Shown here: in pieces, positions 20,741 to 31,925 of the stretch
Position numbering within the stretch: position 1 is the stretch's first letter
Layout: every line of letters starts with the position of its first letter
Assembly: GCF_000007005.1 (NCBI RefSeq)
Contig: NC_002754.1
From: Saccharolobus solfataricus P2
GTDB taxonomy: Archaea > Thermoproteota > Thermoprotei_A > Sulfolobales > Sulfolobaceae
Direction: 5' to 3' (one strand)
DNA length: 64,000 nt
Made by a program: the position numbers and the translations under genes
Notes under the pieces: model-generated
Told to the model about the DNA's origin: nothing
What the model saw: the letters and a program-made list of their open reading frames with translations, nothing else
Databases searched by the model: none

Positions 20741-21231
20741 ACTTAGCATTTTACGTATTTTTCCTTCTCTTAAACAGTTTCTTAATCCCACCCAAAGACT
20801 GATAAATATTTTTTATCAGCCTTGATATCCTATTGGCACCTAACTTCAAACCAAGGGAGTACTTGAACGAGAGGACCAAGAACAAGGAGAGGACCTTCAA
20901 GGTCACAAAACCCTTACCCAAGTGAGGAAAGAACCCTTCTCCAACCCCAACGCCTTTAACTCCCTAATCAAAACCTCAATATCCCAACGACTCTCTCATG
21001 AAGTTATTATGTCCTCTGAAGTATCATTTACATTAGTAGAGAAGAAGTACCTCTTACCCAAACCCTTATAATCATCTACTACAAGTAACTTTATGGGAAC
21101 ACCTAGATACTCAACTAGGTATTCCCCTTGGGGGAACTCGCCAACGGGCACGAGTCTACCACCCTCGGTGACTCGCGCGCTGGACTTGAGTTCCCCCACA
21201 GTATCCTTTAAGAGAGTTTTGGAATTAACGT

Positions 21232-22590
21232 CAGTATGGGAATCTCATTTTTTGCGTAAAAAACGAGATGAATGGAATACAGAAAAAGTTGAGAGGATGA
21301 GAATTTCTGTAGAAAAGTTTGTATATACGAGGGCGGACTTGAACATATGAAACATGAGAATACAACTAAACCGGCGAAGTTCAACCGGGACTTCGCCAGG
21401 TCCGCCCTCAAGATAATTTACTCGATCCTCACTAAAATACTTTTCCTTGAGGAACTCCTCAGTGCCTTGCTTAAGGCGAGTGGGAGCTACTTGAGCAGGT
21501 TGGGGAAAGATGGGAGAAGAGCGTTGAGAAAATTGAACGCGGTTCAAGTTGAGGACGTGAGGGATGCGTTGAGGAAGATGGGGAGGATGACGTTAAGGGG
21601 AGTCAGGGACAAGAGGGTAGCAGTGGACTTCCATGCCATACCTCAATACCACGCTAACAAGAGTTTCTTGAGTAGGATAAAGCCAACTAAGGGGACGTCG
21701 TGGGGACTGGTTCAAGCTGCGATCTTCCTCCTGGGGAGGACGAGGAGCTTCTTGGACGTGATCCCAGTGACCGTGAAGAACGTAGCTGAAGGTTTCAAGG
21801 CGGTGATGGAGGTAATCGTGAAGGAGTTGGAGGAGGACAAGCTGAGGCTCGTCATGGTCTTCGCGGACAGGGAGTTCGCGGTGAACGAAGTGATTAGATA
21901 CCTCTTGGAGTTGGGCTTGGACTTCGTCATATCTGCCAAAGCCCAGATGTACAAGAAGTACAAGGGGATGTTGCAAGATGTGGATGTGAGTTTTGGCGGA
22001 GTTAGATACACTGGCTTTCTCTGCGTGAGACATGGAACCGGAGCTTACCTCATTATCCTGAGGAAGGAAGACGGCAAGATTATTGCCTTCCTCGTGAGGA
22101 GGGAGATCGACCTTCACGATGCCATAGTCCTTGCCGAGATGTACAGGGAGAGGTGGGGGATAGAGAACGCCTTCCGCTCCCTTGAGGAGTTCAGGATCAG
22201 GACTAGGACTTGTGACGTGAGGAAGGAACTGGTTCTCGTTCTGCTTTCCTATCTTCTCTTGAATGTCTGGTTCTTGATCCGTTCTTGGAGGAAGGTAAAG
22301 TTGTGGGAGTTCTCGGTCTCCCTCTCGAATCTCCTCGATCGGGAGGTAAGAGTGGAACAGGGACGTGTGTTCCGTGAAGTGAAGACGTCATTCCCCTAGA
22401 CTCCAGCTAACCCTATGCACCTCCTTCCAGCTACGTGAAATTAATTCTATATATTTATATTCTTCTGTTCAAAGCTGACTTATTAACTGTCATTTTCATA
22501 AAATATATGCAGTTATATTTGAATAAAACTGGTGCGGTTCAATCTTACATATATTATCATTTATATCAGAAAAATGAGATTCCCATACTG
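21232..22590 (+). mobile_element. ISC1359 (ISH3 family), 1359 bp, 4-bp TSD ACGT
   Basis: TIR CAGTATGGGAATCTCATTTTT at both ends; ACGT at 21228-31 and 22591-94. Confidence 0.88.
21347..22399 (+). CDS. ISH3-family transposase (intact, 350 aa)
   Basis: VAVDFH, VFADREF, YRERWGIENAFR. Confidence 0.9.
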   Translation: MKHENTTKPAKFNRDFARSALKIIYSILTKILFLEELLSALLKASGSYLSRLGKDGRRALRKLNAVQVEDVRDALRKMGRMTLRGVRDKRVAVDFHAIPQYHANKSFLSRIKPTKGTSWGLVQAAIFLLGRTRSFLDVIPVTVKNVAEGFKAVMEVIVKELEEDKLRLVMVFADREFAVNEVIRYLLELGLDFVISAKAQMYKKYKGMLQDVDVSFGGVRYTGFLCVRHGTGAYLIILRKEDGKIIAFLVRREIDLHDAIVLAEMYRERWGIENAFRSLEEFRIRTRTCDVRKELVLVLLSYLLLNVWFLIRSWRKVKLWEFSVSLSNLLDREVRVEQGRVFREVKTSFP

Positions 22591-23607
22591 ACGTACCAAG
22601 AATCAAAAACCTTGCATACAACACTAAACTCCTTCTCGAGCACTGGCAAAATTTCCAAGTATTCTTGTATTTTGGTCTTGAACTCAACTTCCTCTCCCCT
22701 CTCCCTTAACACCTCAACAACCTTTTGTGGTATATACGGTATTATTGTTACTACGTAGGCCTCGTTTGTCCTCAAGTCTTTTACTGTTATTAGTAAAAGT
22801 TGTATTGCCGGCTCGTATCTCTTGTGTTCTCTGCAGTAAAAGACTTGTGCTCCGTTTCTTGATACCGGTATCGCTCTCGCGTATTCTTTGTGGTCGTGTG
22901 TGTCGTCTATTATTAGTAGTACCGGGTGGTCTTTTACTATTTCCTTTACTGCTTTGATCAAGTTTACGTTTGCCAATTTGTCAAGGTTTTTTAGTACTGT
23001 CTCGTAGTCCATACCTATTACCTGGGCTATCTCGGTTGCCGTCCCGCCCATTACTCCTCCAAGTACCAGTTTTGCTAACGTGTCTTTTCTCACGTCGGTC
23101 ATGGGGTCGGCTAGTAGCTGGATTGTCTCTTTAAGTGCGTGGTAATACTGTTGTATTGCCGGGATTTTATTCACACGATACTTTATTTGGTTAATTTTTA
23201 AAAGTTTTTAAGGTCTCCTCAAACTGCAAGGATTTTCCTATAAATGCTATCCACTATATCTTCAGTTTAATCACAAGAAATATGGTTATTAATCATTAAT
23301 AGTCTGAAATATATAATATTTTACTTAGGCTAACTAGACAAACTCAATTAATTTTAAGTTTTAATTTATCTCGAGATAAACGAGATCCCCATACTAGCAT
23401 ACAAATACTCCCATTATTATCATTTCGTGTTCACATGTGGTAATATCCTCTTCCTCACCTTAAATCCTTTTCAATTGAATTTCTTTGAACATAATCAGTT
23501 TAATTATTTTTACAAACTCAATATTAGCCAAGGAGAGTCATTTCTTGTAAAAAGATTTTTGGTCTATCGTCGCGCAAGGAGACCTCTACTCCTTTAACCC
23601 CACAAAG

Positions 23608-23949
23608 TTAGACTTCTTTATATACGTCAAGAAATTTAGAATACCAAGATACATATTCTTCTTCATTAATCACGTGAATTTCAAAGGGATTTGGATTGCC
23701 TATAGCTTTATTAACCTCATGGTATATTTTCAACCTATCGAATTCATTGCTTACATTAGTTATTATTAAAACGTCAATATCACTATCAGGTCTGAAATTT
23801 CCCCTTATGTAGCTACCAAATAAAATAATCTTAGTACTTGGATCAATATTCTTAACAACTTCTTTAATTCTATCTAGGTAGAAATTTAAATTTTTTATGT
23901 AATTATCTCTCAATCTCTTATTCTCCTCAAGGACCTCGATTATAGACAT
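23608..23949 (-). CDS. Minimal nucleotidyltransferase (MNT)
   Basis: LFGSYIRG.....SDIDVL. Confidence 0.9.
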   Translation of the reverse strand: MSIIEVLEENKRLRDNYIKNLNFYLDRIKEVVKNIDPSTKIILFGSYIRGNFRPDSDIDVLIITNVSNEFDRLKIYHEVNKAIGNPNPFEIHVINEEEYVSWYSKFLDVYKEV

Positions 23950-24293
23950 CCTAGACCCCTCATCATATTCTCTACAAAGTTTAAAGCTTTTTCAGCACTC
24001 TCCTTTGAGAAAGTATAAGGTAAGTAGCGAGAAGAGATATAAGATTGTACTAAAAAATCCAGCATTAGCTCATCAATTTCTACCTTCTCAAATCTCCCTA
24101 GACTATTGATTAGTACCTTTAAATCATGAGTTTTAGGATAATCACCTAAATGAATATATAATTTATATTTAACGCAAAGTTGCAGTGCTTGTTCTGAATG
24201 AAATACCGATAAATTCCAAATTCCTTCCTCAAAATCTCTCCTTGCATCGTGCAAGAAATTTTTAGCGTTGTTGAGAAGAAAGCTCATAAGCAA
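23940..24293 (-). CDS. HEPN-domain protein (HEPN-MNT pair)
   Basis: FHSEQALQLCVK, PKTHDL, YISSRY; overlaps the MNT gene. Confidence 0.85.
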   Translation of the reverse strand: MLMSFLLNNAKNFLHDARRDFEEGIWNLSVFHSEQALQLCVKYKLYIHLGDYPKTHDLKVLINSLGRFEKVEIDELMLDFLVQSYISSRYLPYTFSKESAEKALNFVENMMRGLGCL

Positions 24294-24464
24294 TTACTCA
24301 TGTTGCTCGATTTAAATTTATTGAAACTATATGAGGTAAAGTGTTCTTATGTCGTTATCCTATTCGATAATTAGTAGAAAAATTATATCATCATAGGAGT
24401 TTTTCTTAATTATCCGTTTTTAAATGTAGTAGCGTGATTAGAAGTAAGACTGAAAAAGGTTTAT

Positions 24465-24510
24465 CTTAATGGGGGTTAAGGGGGCGGAAGACTCCATCCG
24501 TGACGGTAGA
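24465..24510 (+). mobile_element. Isolated IS200/IS605 left-end fragment
   Basis: CTTAATGGGGGTTAAGGGGGCG matches the left end of the mini-element at 33269 (minus strand); preceded by TTTAT. Confidence 0.55.
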
Positions 24511-24640
24511 CCCAAAATCGTTTTACAAAAATAATCCTGTTTGAGTAATATCAGATTCTGGAAAAATAATAGAAATTATAGCTTTGTTAAGAATTCAACG
24601 ACTGAAGAAAGATTTAAGGTGAGGAAGCCGGTATTATCAC

Positions 24641-24719
24641 TAGTATTTTGGAAAAGTTCTTAGACTATGATCTAGTGGTATATCCTTTGCCTAAAGCTAT
24701 AGACTTTCTGAAGGCACTA
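24641..24719 (+). mobile_element. SM1-type MITE (79 bp, TA ends, ISC1048-related)
   Basis: TAGTATTTTGGAAAAGTT...GACTTTCTGAAGGCACTA; ends match ISC1048 TIRs. Confidence 0.9.
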
Positions 24720-24982
24720 GTGTATCTCTGCTAATTAGTAGCCTTCATATAGTTAATTTCATAACAATCTTTGAAATAAAGTGAGTTCGCAATGAATATT
24801 TGAATCTCTCTTTCTTTGTTTCTATAATATTATATTTCTCTCATCTTATTTTTATTCAGTTATTTGCACTTAGGGCACTTCTGGAGAATAGTACTGAAGG
24901 AGAATGAAAAGTATTCATTAATCTATCTAATGTATAATATCTTAGATGGTATATCTTTTGCCATATTATAAGAAACTTTTTA

Positions 24983-25435
24983 ATGAAGAATAAAAACTTA
25001 TTTCCCATGTTATCGGTGAGCGAAGTAAATGAATTGCTTAAACAAGAAGAAATTTTCAATTTTATAGGGATTGAATTTGAAAAACTTGAAAAGGGCTACT
25101 CTAGGCTAAAGTTCAATTTTAATGAGAAATTAACTAGAATAGGTGGAATTTTACATGGTGGAGTAGTATTTTCAGCAGTAGATTATGCAGGGAGTTACGC
25201 AGTGAGAACTTTAGATAAAGTAAAAGATGGGGTTACTGCAGAACTAAAAATAAACTTTTTAAAACCAATGAAGGAGGGACCTTTTACAGTCGAGCCAAGG
25301 GTTATAAGTGAGGGAAAAAGATTGGTTGTAGTTGATATATCAGCATATGACGGTAACAGTAATCTATGTGCAAAGGCTTTGGGAACGTGGGTAGTCTATA
25401 GGGAAACTAACTCTGAAACTCAATTATCCTCTTAG
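24983..25435 (+). CDS. PaaI-family hotdog thioesterase
   Basis: GILHGGVVFSAVD, TAELKINFLKP. Confidence 0.9.
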   Translation: MKNKNLFPMLSVSEVNELLKQEEIFNFIGIEFEKLEKGYSRLKFNFNEKLTRIGGILHGGVVFSAVDYAGSYAVRTLDKVKDGVTAELKINFLKPMKEGPFTVEPRVISEGKRLVVVDISAYDGNSNLCAKALGTWVVYRETNSETQLSS

Positions 25436-26216
25436 CTATCTTATAATGCACGTAATCAACTAACTTATCGTCTAACCTTATAGCTCCTCTACCCTCCCTC
25501 TTCCCCTTTTCATAAGCCTCTATAACCTTTTTAGCCCACTCAATTTCCTCCTTACTCGGTGAGAACACCTCATTTGAAATATCAATCTGAGAGGGATGAA
25601 TAACTTGCTTACCCACATAACCCAGCTTCTTTGCTTCTTCGCATTCCTTCCTAAAACCATCTAGGTTTTTCAAATCGAAATAAACCTTATCTATAGCGTC
25701 AACGTCATAAGTCCTAGCGACGCTGACAATTAAAGTCTTTACGTACACGTTCTTCTCATAAAAATTGTAGTCCCCGCCAAGGGACAATGAAAGATCGGCT
25801 GCTCCATAACTTACGGCAACAACGCCTTCCGACCTAACTATATCCTCAATCTTAACTAAACCCTTTGCAGTTTCTATCAATGGTATTAAGGATTTCCCAG
25901 TTGCCTTGTAGAGAAATGAAAGGTCGTTCTCAGCCTTTGGTAAGACAATACACGTGATTTTATCCTCCCTTGCGATTGTAGAAATGTCCTTATATGAGTC
26001 AAGCAATTGTAGGGAATTCACTCTTACGCATAACTCCCTCTTCCCCCAATCCAGTTCCTTCACGAGTTTAATTAGCGATTCCCTTGCTCTCTCTTTATCC
26101 TCAGGAGGTACTGCATCTTCAAGATCGAAAATTATTGAATCAGCCTTTAGTTCAACCGATTTCCTTATCATCTTTTCGGAAGTTGCAGGGACGTATAACT
26201 GAGATCTCCTTATCAT
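25407..26216 (-). CDS. CitE/malyl-CoA lyase-family (HpcH/HpaI) CoA-ester lyase
   Basis: RRSQLYVPA, FDLEDAV, VRVN, LIETA.G, GAADL, GKQVIHP.Q. Confidence 0.9.
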   Translation of the reverse strand: MIRRSQLYVPATSEKMIRKSVELKADSIIFDLEDAVPPEDKERARESLIKLVKELDWGKRELCVRVNSLQLLDSYKDISTIAREDKITCIVLPKAENDLSFLYKATGKSLIPLIETAKGLVKIEDIVRSEGVVAVSYGAADLSLSLGGDYNFYEKNVYVKTLIVSVARTYDVDAIDKVYFDLKNLDGFRKECEEAKKLGYVGKQVIHPSQIDISNEVFSPSKEEIEWAKKVIEAYEKGKREGRGAIRLDDKLVDYVHYKIAKRIIEFQS

Positions 26217-26246
26217 AAGTTAATAATGGAGGTTGAGCATAAAATC

Positions 26247-26885
26247 TTATCTAAACATTACTGGCAGTATATTTTGCTTTACATAATCTAAAACTTTCTC
26301 CTCATGCATTCGCATCATGTCATAAGCCAAATCTGGACTGCGATTCTTTATGGCTATTACTATACTTTCATGTTCCCTAAACTCCTCATCTCTTCTCTGA
26401 AAGCTGGTAAACAAGGTTATCCTAACAATTTTTAGCTTCAATCTAATACTATCCAAAATATCCACAATGTATTTATTATGTGATGCCTCAGCTATTGCCC
26501 TATGTAAGTTACCGTTTAAATTAGCTAAGGTTAATGGATCAGCATTTGCTGACCCTCTTATCTCGTTTAAAACATTTATGATCTTGTTAATCTCATCTTG
26601 GCTAGCTCTTATTGCGGCTAGTTTAGCTGATAGGGATTCTAAGTTTATTCTAACCTCGTAGAGTTGAAGAATATCACTTTCTGTTAACGGTATTACAGTG
26701 AACGATTTACCGTTCTTTACTATTACTCCCTCCTTTTCTAACCTAGCTAAGGCTTCCCTAATTGGGGTTCTACTAATCTTAAGTAATGACGCAAGCTCCT
26801 CTTCTTTCAAAGTATTGCCGGGTTTGTATTTGCCGGTAATTATGTATTCCAGAATTTTCTCGTAAGCTATTTGTGATAGTGACAT
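26247..26885 (-). CDS. GntR-family (FCD) transcriptional regulator
   Basis: SRTPIREAL wHTH; C-terminal FCD with H...H. Confidence 0.92.
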   Translation of the reverse strand: MSLSQIAYEKILEYIITGKYKPGNTLKEEELASLLKISRTPIREALARLEKEGVIVKNGKSFTVIPLTESDILQLYEVRINLESLSAKLAAIRASQDEINKIINVLNEIRGSANADPLTLANLNGNLHRAIAEASHNKYIVDILDSIRLKLKIVRITLFTSFQRRDEEFREHESIVIAIKNRSPDLAYDMMRMHEEKVLDYVKQNILPVMFR

Positions 26886-27069
26886 ATGAAATGTTTCTAT
26901 AGTAAACTTATAAGTGTTACCAATTGAGTCACTTTAAGTATACATGAAAGAAATATTTTTACTGAATAGTAAATACGAATTGTATGAGCATAAATTGCTA
27001 AAGAGTCTAGTAGTAAAATTTTTAAAAAAAAAACTAACTATATGGATAAATAGAATAAGGGGAGAACGT

Positions 27070-27148
27070 TAGTGCTTTCAGAAAGTTTATAGCTTTAGGC
27101 AAAGGATATACCACTAGATCATAGTCTAAGAACTTTTCCAAAATACTA
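27070..27148 (-). mobile_element. SM1-type MITE (79 bp)
   Basis: Reverse complement of the 24641 copy with a few substitutions. Confidence 0.9.
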
Positions 27149-27710
27149 GTGATGGTTCTTTCATTTAGTATCGTTAATATGATATTACTTCACGCTAATC
27201 ACTAATTAGTCTTTTGAAATGTAGAGTCAACTATTCTAAAAACTTTTACAGAAATAAATTGAAAGCTCAAAGAAGACATGAATCCCCTTATGGATTTTCT
27301 CTACTTATGTTTTTCCGTAAGTTATTACTCCTCTTGAAAAATAATCCGCTTAGATATTTTTGTAAAATGAATTTGGAGTCTACCAACTATGCTTGACGAG
27401 AAATTGCTAAGGAAAATAAAAGACCTTGATTAAGTTCTTCATACATAGGATTTTCGATTTAGTATCAATTAGACATGACTATTAACCACTATTTAAATTG
27501 CATTAGATAAGTAACTTGACACAAGCTACAACTAGGGTTATATTGCAATATGAGGTAAAAGCTAATGATTTTTCCTACGTCAAAAAGAGATAGTTATCCA
27601 ATTCGGAGTTTAATATTAAAGTAAGGGTAAAACAATTAACTTTCTTTGTATTAATTCTATAAACTTTTCGCCCAAAAATTTAAATACTCTAAATTCGATA
27701 AGGAATTGAT

Positions 27711-29105
27711 ATGCTTAAGGACGATATCCTAAAATTACTAAAGGAGGATGCGGAGTTTAGAAAACAAGTAGAGGAAATATTAGGTATTTCATTTATAAAT
27801 GTGACTCTAGCCGACTTAAAGGATATATTGAAAGGGTTATTAGCATCAATGGATAAACTAAAGAGTTCTGTAGATCAGCTGGTTGATGCTCAAAGAAGGG
27901 CGGAAGAAAGAATAGCGAAGCTTGAAAATGCAGTGGAGCAACTGGTTGAGGCGCAAAAGAGGACTGATGAGAGAATAACTAAATTGGAGGAGTCTACGAA
28001 GAAGTTGGAGCAAGCTGTACAAGAGCTTATTGAGGCTCAGAAAAAACATGATGAGAGAATAACTAAATTGGAGGAGTCTACGAAGAAGTTGGAGCAAGCT
28101 GTACAAGAGCTTATTGAGGCTCAGAAAAAACATGATGAGAGAATAACTAAATTGGAGGAGTCTACGAAGAAGTTGGAGCAAGCTGTACAAGAGCTTATTG
28201 AGGCTCAGAAAAAACATGATGAGAGAATAACTAAATTGGAGGAGTCTACGAAGAAGTTGGAGCAAGCTGTACAAGAGCTTATTGAGGCTCAGAAAAAACA
28301 TGATGAGAGAATAACTAAATTGGAGGAGTCTACGAAGAAGTTGGAGCAAGCTGTACAAGAGCTTATTGAGGCTCAGAAAAAACATGATGAGAGAATAACT
28401 AAATTGGAGGAGTCTACGAAGAAGTTGGAGCAAGCTGTACAAGAGCTTATTGAGGCTCAGAAAAAACATGATGAGAGAATAACTAAATTGGAGGAGTCTA
28501 TACAGAAATTGGTTGATGCTCAAAGAAGGGCGGAAGAAAGAATAGCGAAGCTTGAAAATGCAGTGGAGCAACTGGTTGAGGCGCAAAAGAGGACTGATGA
28601 GAGAATAACTAAATTGGAGGAGGTTACTATGAAATTAGTTGAATCTCAATTAGGTATGCAAAATGAGATTAGAGAGTTAAGGAAAGCTTTAGGAAGTATG
28701 GGTAAAAGGTGGGGAAGGGATTTTGAAAAGCTAATAATTGAAATAGTCGACGAGTTAGCTAAGCAAGAAGGACTAGATTTAAAGTACGTTAATAAGTTCA
28801 CTTACAAGGATGATAATGGATTATTTGGTCTTAAAGGTGTTGAATATGATGTTGATCTCTTGATAAAGGACACTAAAGTGTATTTGATAGAGATTAAGTC
28901 CTATGTAGAGAAAGATGATGTGAACTGGGCTGCACATAAATTCAATGTGATAGAAAAGGCTTTAGGTCTAAAGAATACTATCAAAATGATATTTGCAGTT
29001 GATGCTACAAATTTAGCAACAAAGAAGGGTGAAGAGTTGGGAATTAAAGTCGTATACGGAAGTCAATCCGAGGAGGAAGAGAAAGGAGAAGTAAAGGTAG
29101 GTTGA
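27711..29105 (+). CDS. Long coiled-coil protein with C-terminal PD-(D/E)XK nuclease-like domain
   Basis: Heptad repeats; C-terminal G..FE, DVD...EIKS motif. Confidence 0.8.
   Translation: MLKDDILKLLKEDAEFRKQVEEILGISFINVTLADLKDILKGLLASMDKLKSSVDQLVDAQRRAEERIAKLENAVEQLVEAQKRTDERITKLEESTKKLEQAVQELIEAQKKHDERITKLEESTKKLEQAVQELIEAQKKHDERITKLEESTKKLEQAVQELIEAQKKHDERITKLEESTKKLEQAVQELIEAQKKHDERITKLEESTKKLEQAVQELIEAQKKHDERITKLEESTKKLEQAVQELIEAQKKHDERITKLEESIQKLVDAQRRAEERIAKLENAVEQLVEAQKRTDERITKLEEVTMKLVESQLGMQNEIRELRKALGSMGKRWGRDFEKLIIEIVDELAKQEGLDLKYVNKFTYKDDNGLFGLKGVEYDVDLLIKDTKVYLIEIKSYVEKDDVNWAAHKFNVIEKALGLKNTIKMIFAVDATNLATKKGEELGIKVVYGSQSEEEEKGEVKVG
27966..28500 (+). repeat. Six perfect 84-bp tandem repeats plus a partial seventh, inside the CDS
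   Basis: Unit starts at 27966, 28050, 28134, 28218, 28302, 28386, 28470; encodes DERITKLEESTKKLEQAVQELIEAQKKH. Confidence 0.95.
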
Positions 29106-29622
29106 GCTTTTACTCTTGCCCTATCTATCTCTGAGAGATGCGGTATAACTTAATTTTCATGCAAAATATCGTTAGGGCTAAGTTTTTTATATCGTATACG
29201 ACCCGATTACCTTAAATGCTAGTCTTCTAGGCTATTCACTAGGTGATGAGAATACAAGACTTAAAGCGATTACAACCAAAATTTTAGCTTAATTGAGAAA
29301 AATTGAGACCGTTTAATGTAAATATTATCGCTCTATATGTAGTAATAGAGAAGCTTTCATTAACATTTTGGTTCAATATTGCTGAATAGAGGGAGTGTGG
29401 CAACAATTTTAGTAATTTAGTATAAATCGTATATAAAGTCTTCATTTATCCTCAATTCAGCATATGGTTCAGATGTTGATAAAGAGAAGGTCTCACAAAT
29501 GTTAAATCCTTTTTCTCCAAAACTTTGATACATAATGAAAGTATTTAATGAAAGTGACTTGAAGGAATTTAAACTAAGTTTCAAATGAATGAAATCGTTG
29601 TCTACACTCTCTTGCAATTCCC

Positions 29623-30759
29623 TTATGTTATTTTCCTCATTAGCTTATTCTCTAAATCACTGAAATGTAATATTCTGAGCCTATTTTTATAACTGTATTT
29701 TTCTATATTTCTCTCTACAACTTCAAGGTTTTCTGGAGGAGATATGTAACCATCTTTGAATTTAGGCAAGGAATAAAATAGATCATTAGGAAAATCCGCA
29801 ATTGTATACTCTACCATCTCTATTTGACTCTTTACTAGTCCGATATTTAACGTGTATATTAAAGATATGGGGGAAGCGTCTGGTCTATCGTGAGGCAAGA
29901 CTCTCACCTTATACTTAGATGCCAGATCTAATATTTCGAGAAATTTTGTAACCCCTCCAACCTTAGCAATATCTGGTTGTAGATATGTTATGCCGCTTTC
30001 AATTAATTTCTTAAAACCGTATAAAGAATACTCGTTCTCCCCAGCAGCTATTGGTATAGGAGAAAACTCAGTAAGCTTAGAGAGTAGATCATAATCATTA
30101 GGAGGCCATAACGGTTCCTCAATCCATTCAATTTCATATTTATGAACCTTATCTACGAACTCCTTAGCCACATCTAGATTATCAAAAGGAGAATTAAGGT
30201 CAATCGCTATTTTAACTTCCTTGTAATTCTCTCTTATAGCTTTTACCGCAGCTAAAACAGTTGAAGGAGATTGATGAAGTTTAACCAGATCAAAACCTCT
30301 TTCTAAAGATTTTCTCGTAGCAATCAAAACATCATCAATTTTACCAAACCTGGGAAAGCTAGCGTATACTTTCACTGAATCTCTGATTTTATCTCCAATT
30401 AATTTATACAATTCTACATTACTTTTTCTAGCTTTTAAACTCCATAATGCCATTTCCACTGCACTTATGGCCCCAGAAACCACTCCGCAATTTCCAGCAC
30501 TAAAAAGAATTTTCTCTAAAATAGTCCTAACGTCTATGGGTTCGCTTAATTCTACTCTAGATAAAAGTGGTATTGCAATGTCATTTATAATCGAGAGGTA
30601 AGAGTTTATAATTCCACTTCCCGCTACTAATGCCTCCCCCCAACCGTAATCTTTTTCATCTTCCACTTTAACGTAGAGCTGCACATCCCACGCATCCTTC
30701 CAATCAGAGGGAGGTTCAGTATTAAAGGGGATGGATAAAGAAAAAGGCTTAACTTTCAT
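29623..30759 (-). CDS. Enolase superfamily, mandelate-racemase-subgroup enzyme (probable acid-sugar dehydratase)
   Basis: GWGE, SAVEMALW, KLH, AIDLN, WIEEP, AGENE, QPDIAKVGG, PH. Confidence 0.85.
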   Translation of the reverse strand: MKVKPFSLSIPFNTEPPSDWKDAWDVQLYVKVEDEKDYGWGEALVAGSGIINSYLSIINDIAIPLLSRVELSEPIDVRTILEKILFSAGNCGVVSGAISAVEMALWSLKARKSNVELYKLIGDKIRDSVKVYASFPRFGKIDDVLIATRKSLERGFDLVKLHQSPSTVLAAVKAIRENYKEVKIAIDLNSPFDNLDVAKEFVDKVHKYEIEWIEEPLWPPNDYDLLSKLTEFSPIPIAAGENEYSLYGFKKLIESGITYLQPDIAKVGGVTKFLEILDLASKYKVRVLPHDRPDASPISLIYTLNIGLVKSQIEMVEYTIADFPNDLFYSLPKFKDGYISPPENLEVVERNIEKYSYKNRLRILHFSDLENKLMRKIT

Positions 30760-30761
30760 CT

Positions 30762-31925
30762 TTAAGCACTTATGTAAAGCTTTATTGGAGAGAACTCCTC
30801 ATGTTGTAATATCTCCGCTGAAGTTAACCTACCGTTGGCAACCCTAATCGTATAGTTGAATATTCTTTCCCCTGCTTCTTTTAAGCTAACCTTCAATTGA
30901 AGTAAATCAGAAACGTCAACGTCAATATGCTCACTCATTGTTGCAATAGTCTTTGGATTTGCGGAAATTTTTACTACAGGAATTATCGGATGACCAACTA
31001 CATTCCCTTGCCCAGTTGTAAACAAGTGAAGTACTGAACCCTTAGCGGCAAACAGCGTAACTGCCTCAGCAGCAGCAGACGAAGTATTAACGAAACACAG
31101 TCTAGATGATCCCTTCCCTAATGGATCCAAATAGTCTAACACACAAGTAATTGGTTTAGTGCCTAATTTTTGAATATTCCCTAGAGCCTTTTCCTCTATA
31201 GTCGATAATCCTCCCTTAATGTTTCCCTCAGTTGGTTGTGAGCCTAATAGGTCGACTCCTTGACTCTCAATGAAAGCAACGTATTCGTTATAAATCCTCA
31301 TGAACTTATCCCTCAAAACCGGATCTTGTATCCTACTGGCTACAATGTCTTCAGCACCAGTTAACTCTGAGGTCTCTCCAAACATCACTGTTGAACCGTA
31401 ATCTATCAATTTATCCACAGCATAACCGGTTGCTGGGTTTGACGCTAAACCAGATGTTGTATCGCTCTCGCCACACTTAATGCTTAAAACTAAAGATGAT
31501 AGGTCCACTTCAGTCCTCTGCTTCTCACTAGCCTCTTGGACGAACTCCTTTGCCTTTCTGCTAGCTTTCTCTATTACTTTCAAATCACCATTTCCCTCAA
31601 CTGGGAAGACCTCAACTGGCTTACCAGTCTCAGCTATCTTATCAGCTACCTTATTTGCCCAGTTTTCCTCAATTCCTATAACTATTGCAGCAGCTACGTT
31701 TGGATTTGCACCAGTACCAGATAATACGTGAAAGAGTAAGTCTAAATCCTTACCAAACTGTAATCTACCGTAGGGATGGGGAATAGCTACCGTACCCCTA
31801 ATTAATTTCGATACCCCTATTGAAGCGGAATTTGATAAATCATCTACTGGTATTACAGCTACGTAATTCCTAACTCCTACACTACCGTTTTCCCTAATGT
31901 AACCCCTTATTATTGGTTTTTCCAT
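30762..31925 (-). CDS. suyB: UxaA-family large subunit, SuyB-like ((2R)-sulfolactate sulfo-lyase beta)
   Basis: PVDDLSN, PHPYGRLQFG, GTGANPNVAA, KCGESDTT, GNIKGGLSTIEEKALG, C-terminal KLYISA. Confidence 0.65.
   Translation of the reverse strand: MEKPIIRGYIRENGSVGVRNYVAVIPVDDLSNSASIGVSKLIRGTVAIPHPYGRLQFGKDLDLLFHVLSGTGANPNVAAAIVIGIEENWANKVADKIAETGKPVEVFPVEGNGDLKVIEKASRKAKEFVQEASEKQRTEVDLSSLVLSIKCGESDTTSGLASNPATGYAVDKLIDYGSTVMFGETSELTGAEDIVASRIQDPVLRDKFMRIYNEYVAFIESQGVDLLGSQPTEGNIKGGLSTIEEKALGNIQKLGTKPITCVLDYLDPLGKGSSRLCFVNTSSAAAEAVTLFAAKGSVLHLFTTGQGNVVGHPIIPVVKISANPKTIATMSEHIDVDVSDLLQLKVSLKEAGERIFNYTIRVANGRLTSAEILQHEEFSPIKLYISA

Larger units (their letters stand above)
20742..23532 (-). mobile_element. 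Decayed DDE (IS4-superfamily, IS701-like) element interrupted by ISC1359; outer ends approximate
   Basis: Removing the insert rejoins FDSWYV-NSKTLLKDTVGELKS; IDDT and RWDIE motifs; later stop and frameshift. Confidence 0.65.

Noticed and set aside
27214-27480. Short ORFs as a gene or pseudogene
   Set aside because: No recognisable motifs in either strand
27966-28500. Tandem repeats as a CRISPR array
   Set aside because: 84-bp units are contiguous with no unique spacers and are in frame inside a CDS
27858-28586. 242-aa antisense ORF
   Set aside because: Shadow of the repeat array on the opposite strand
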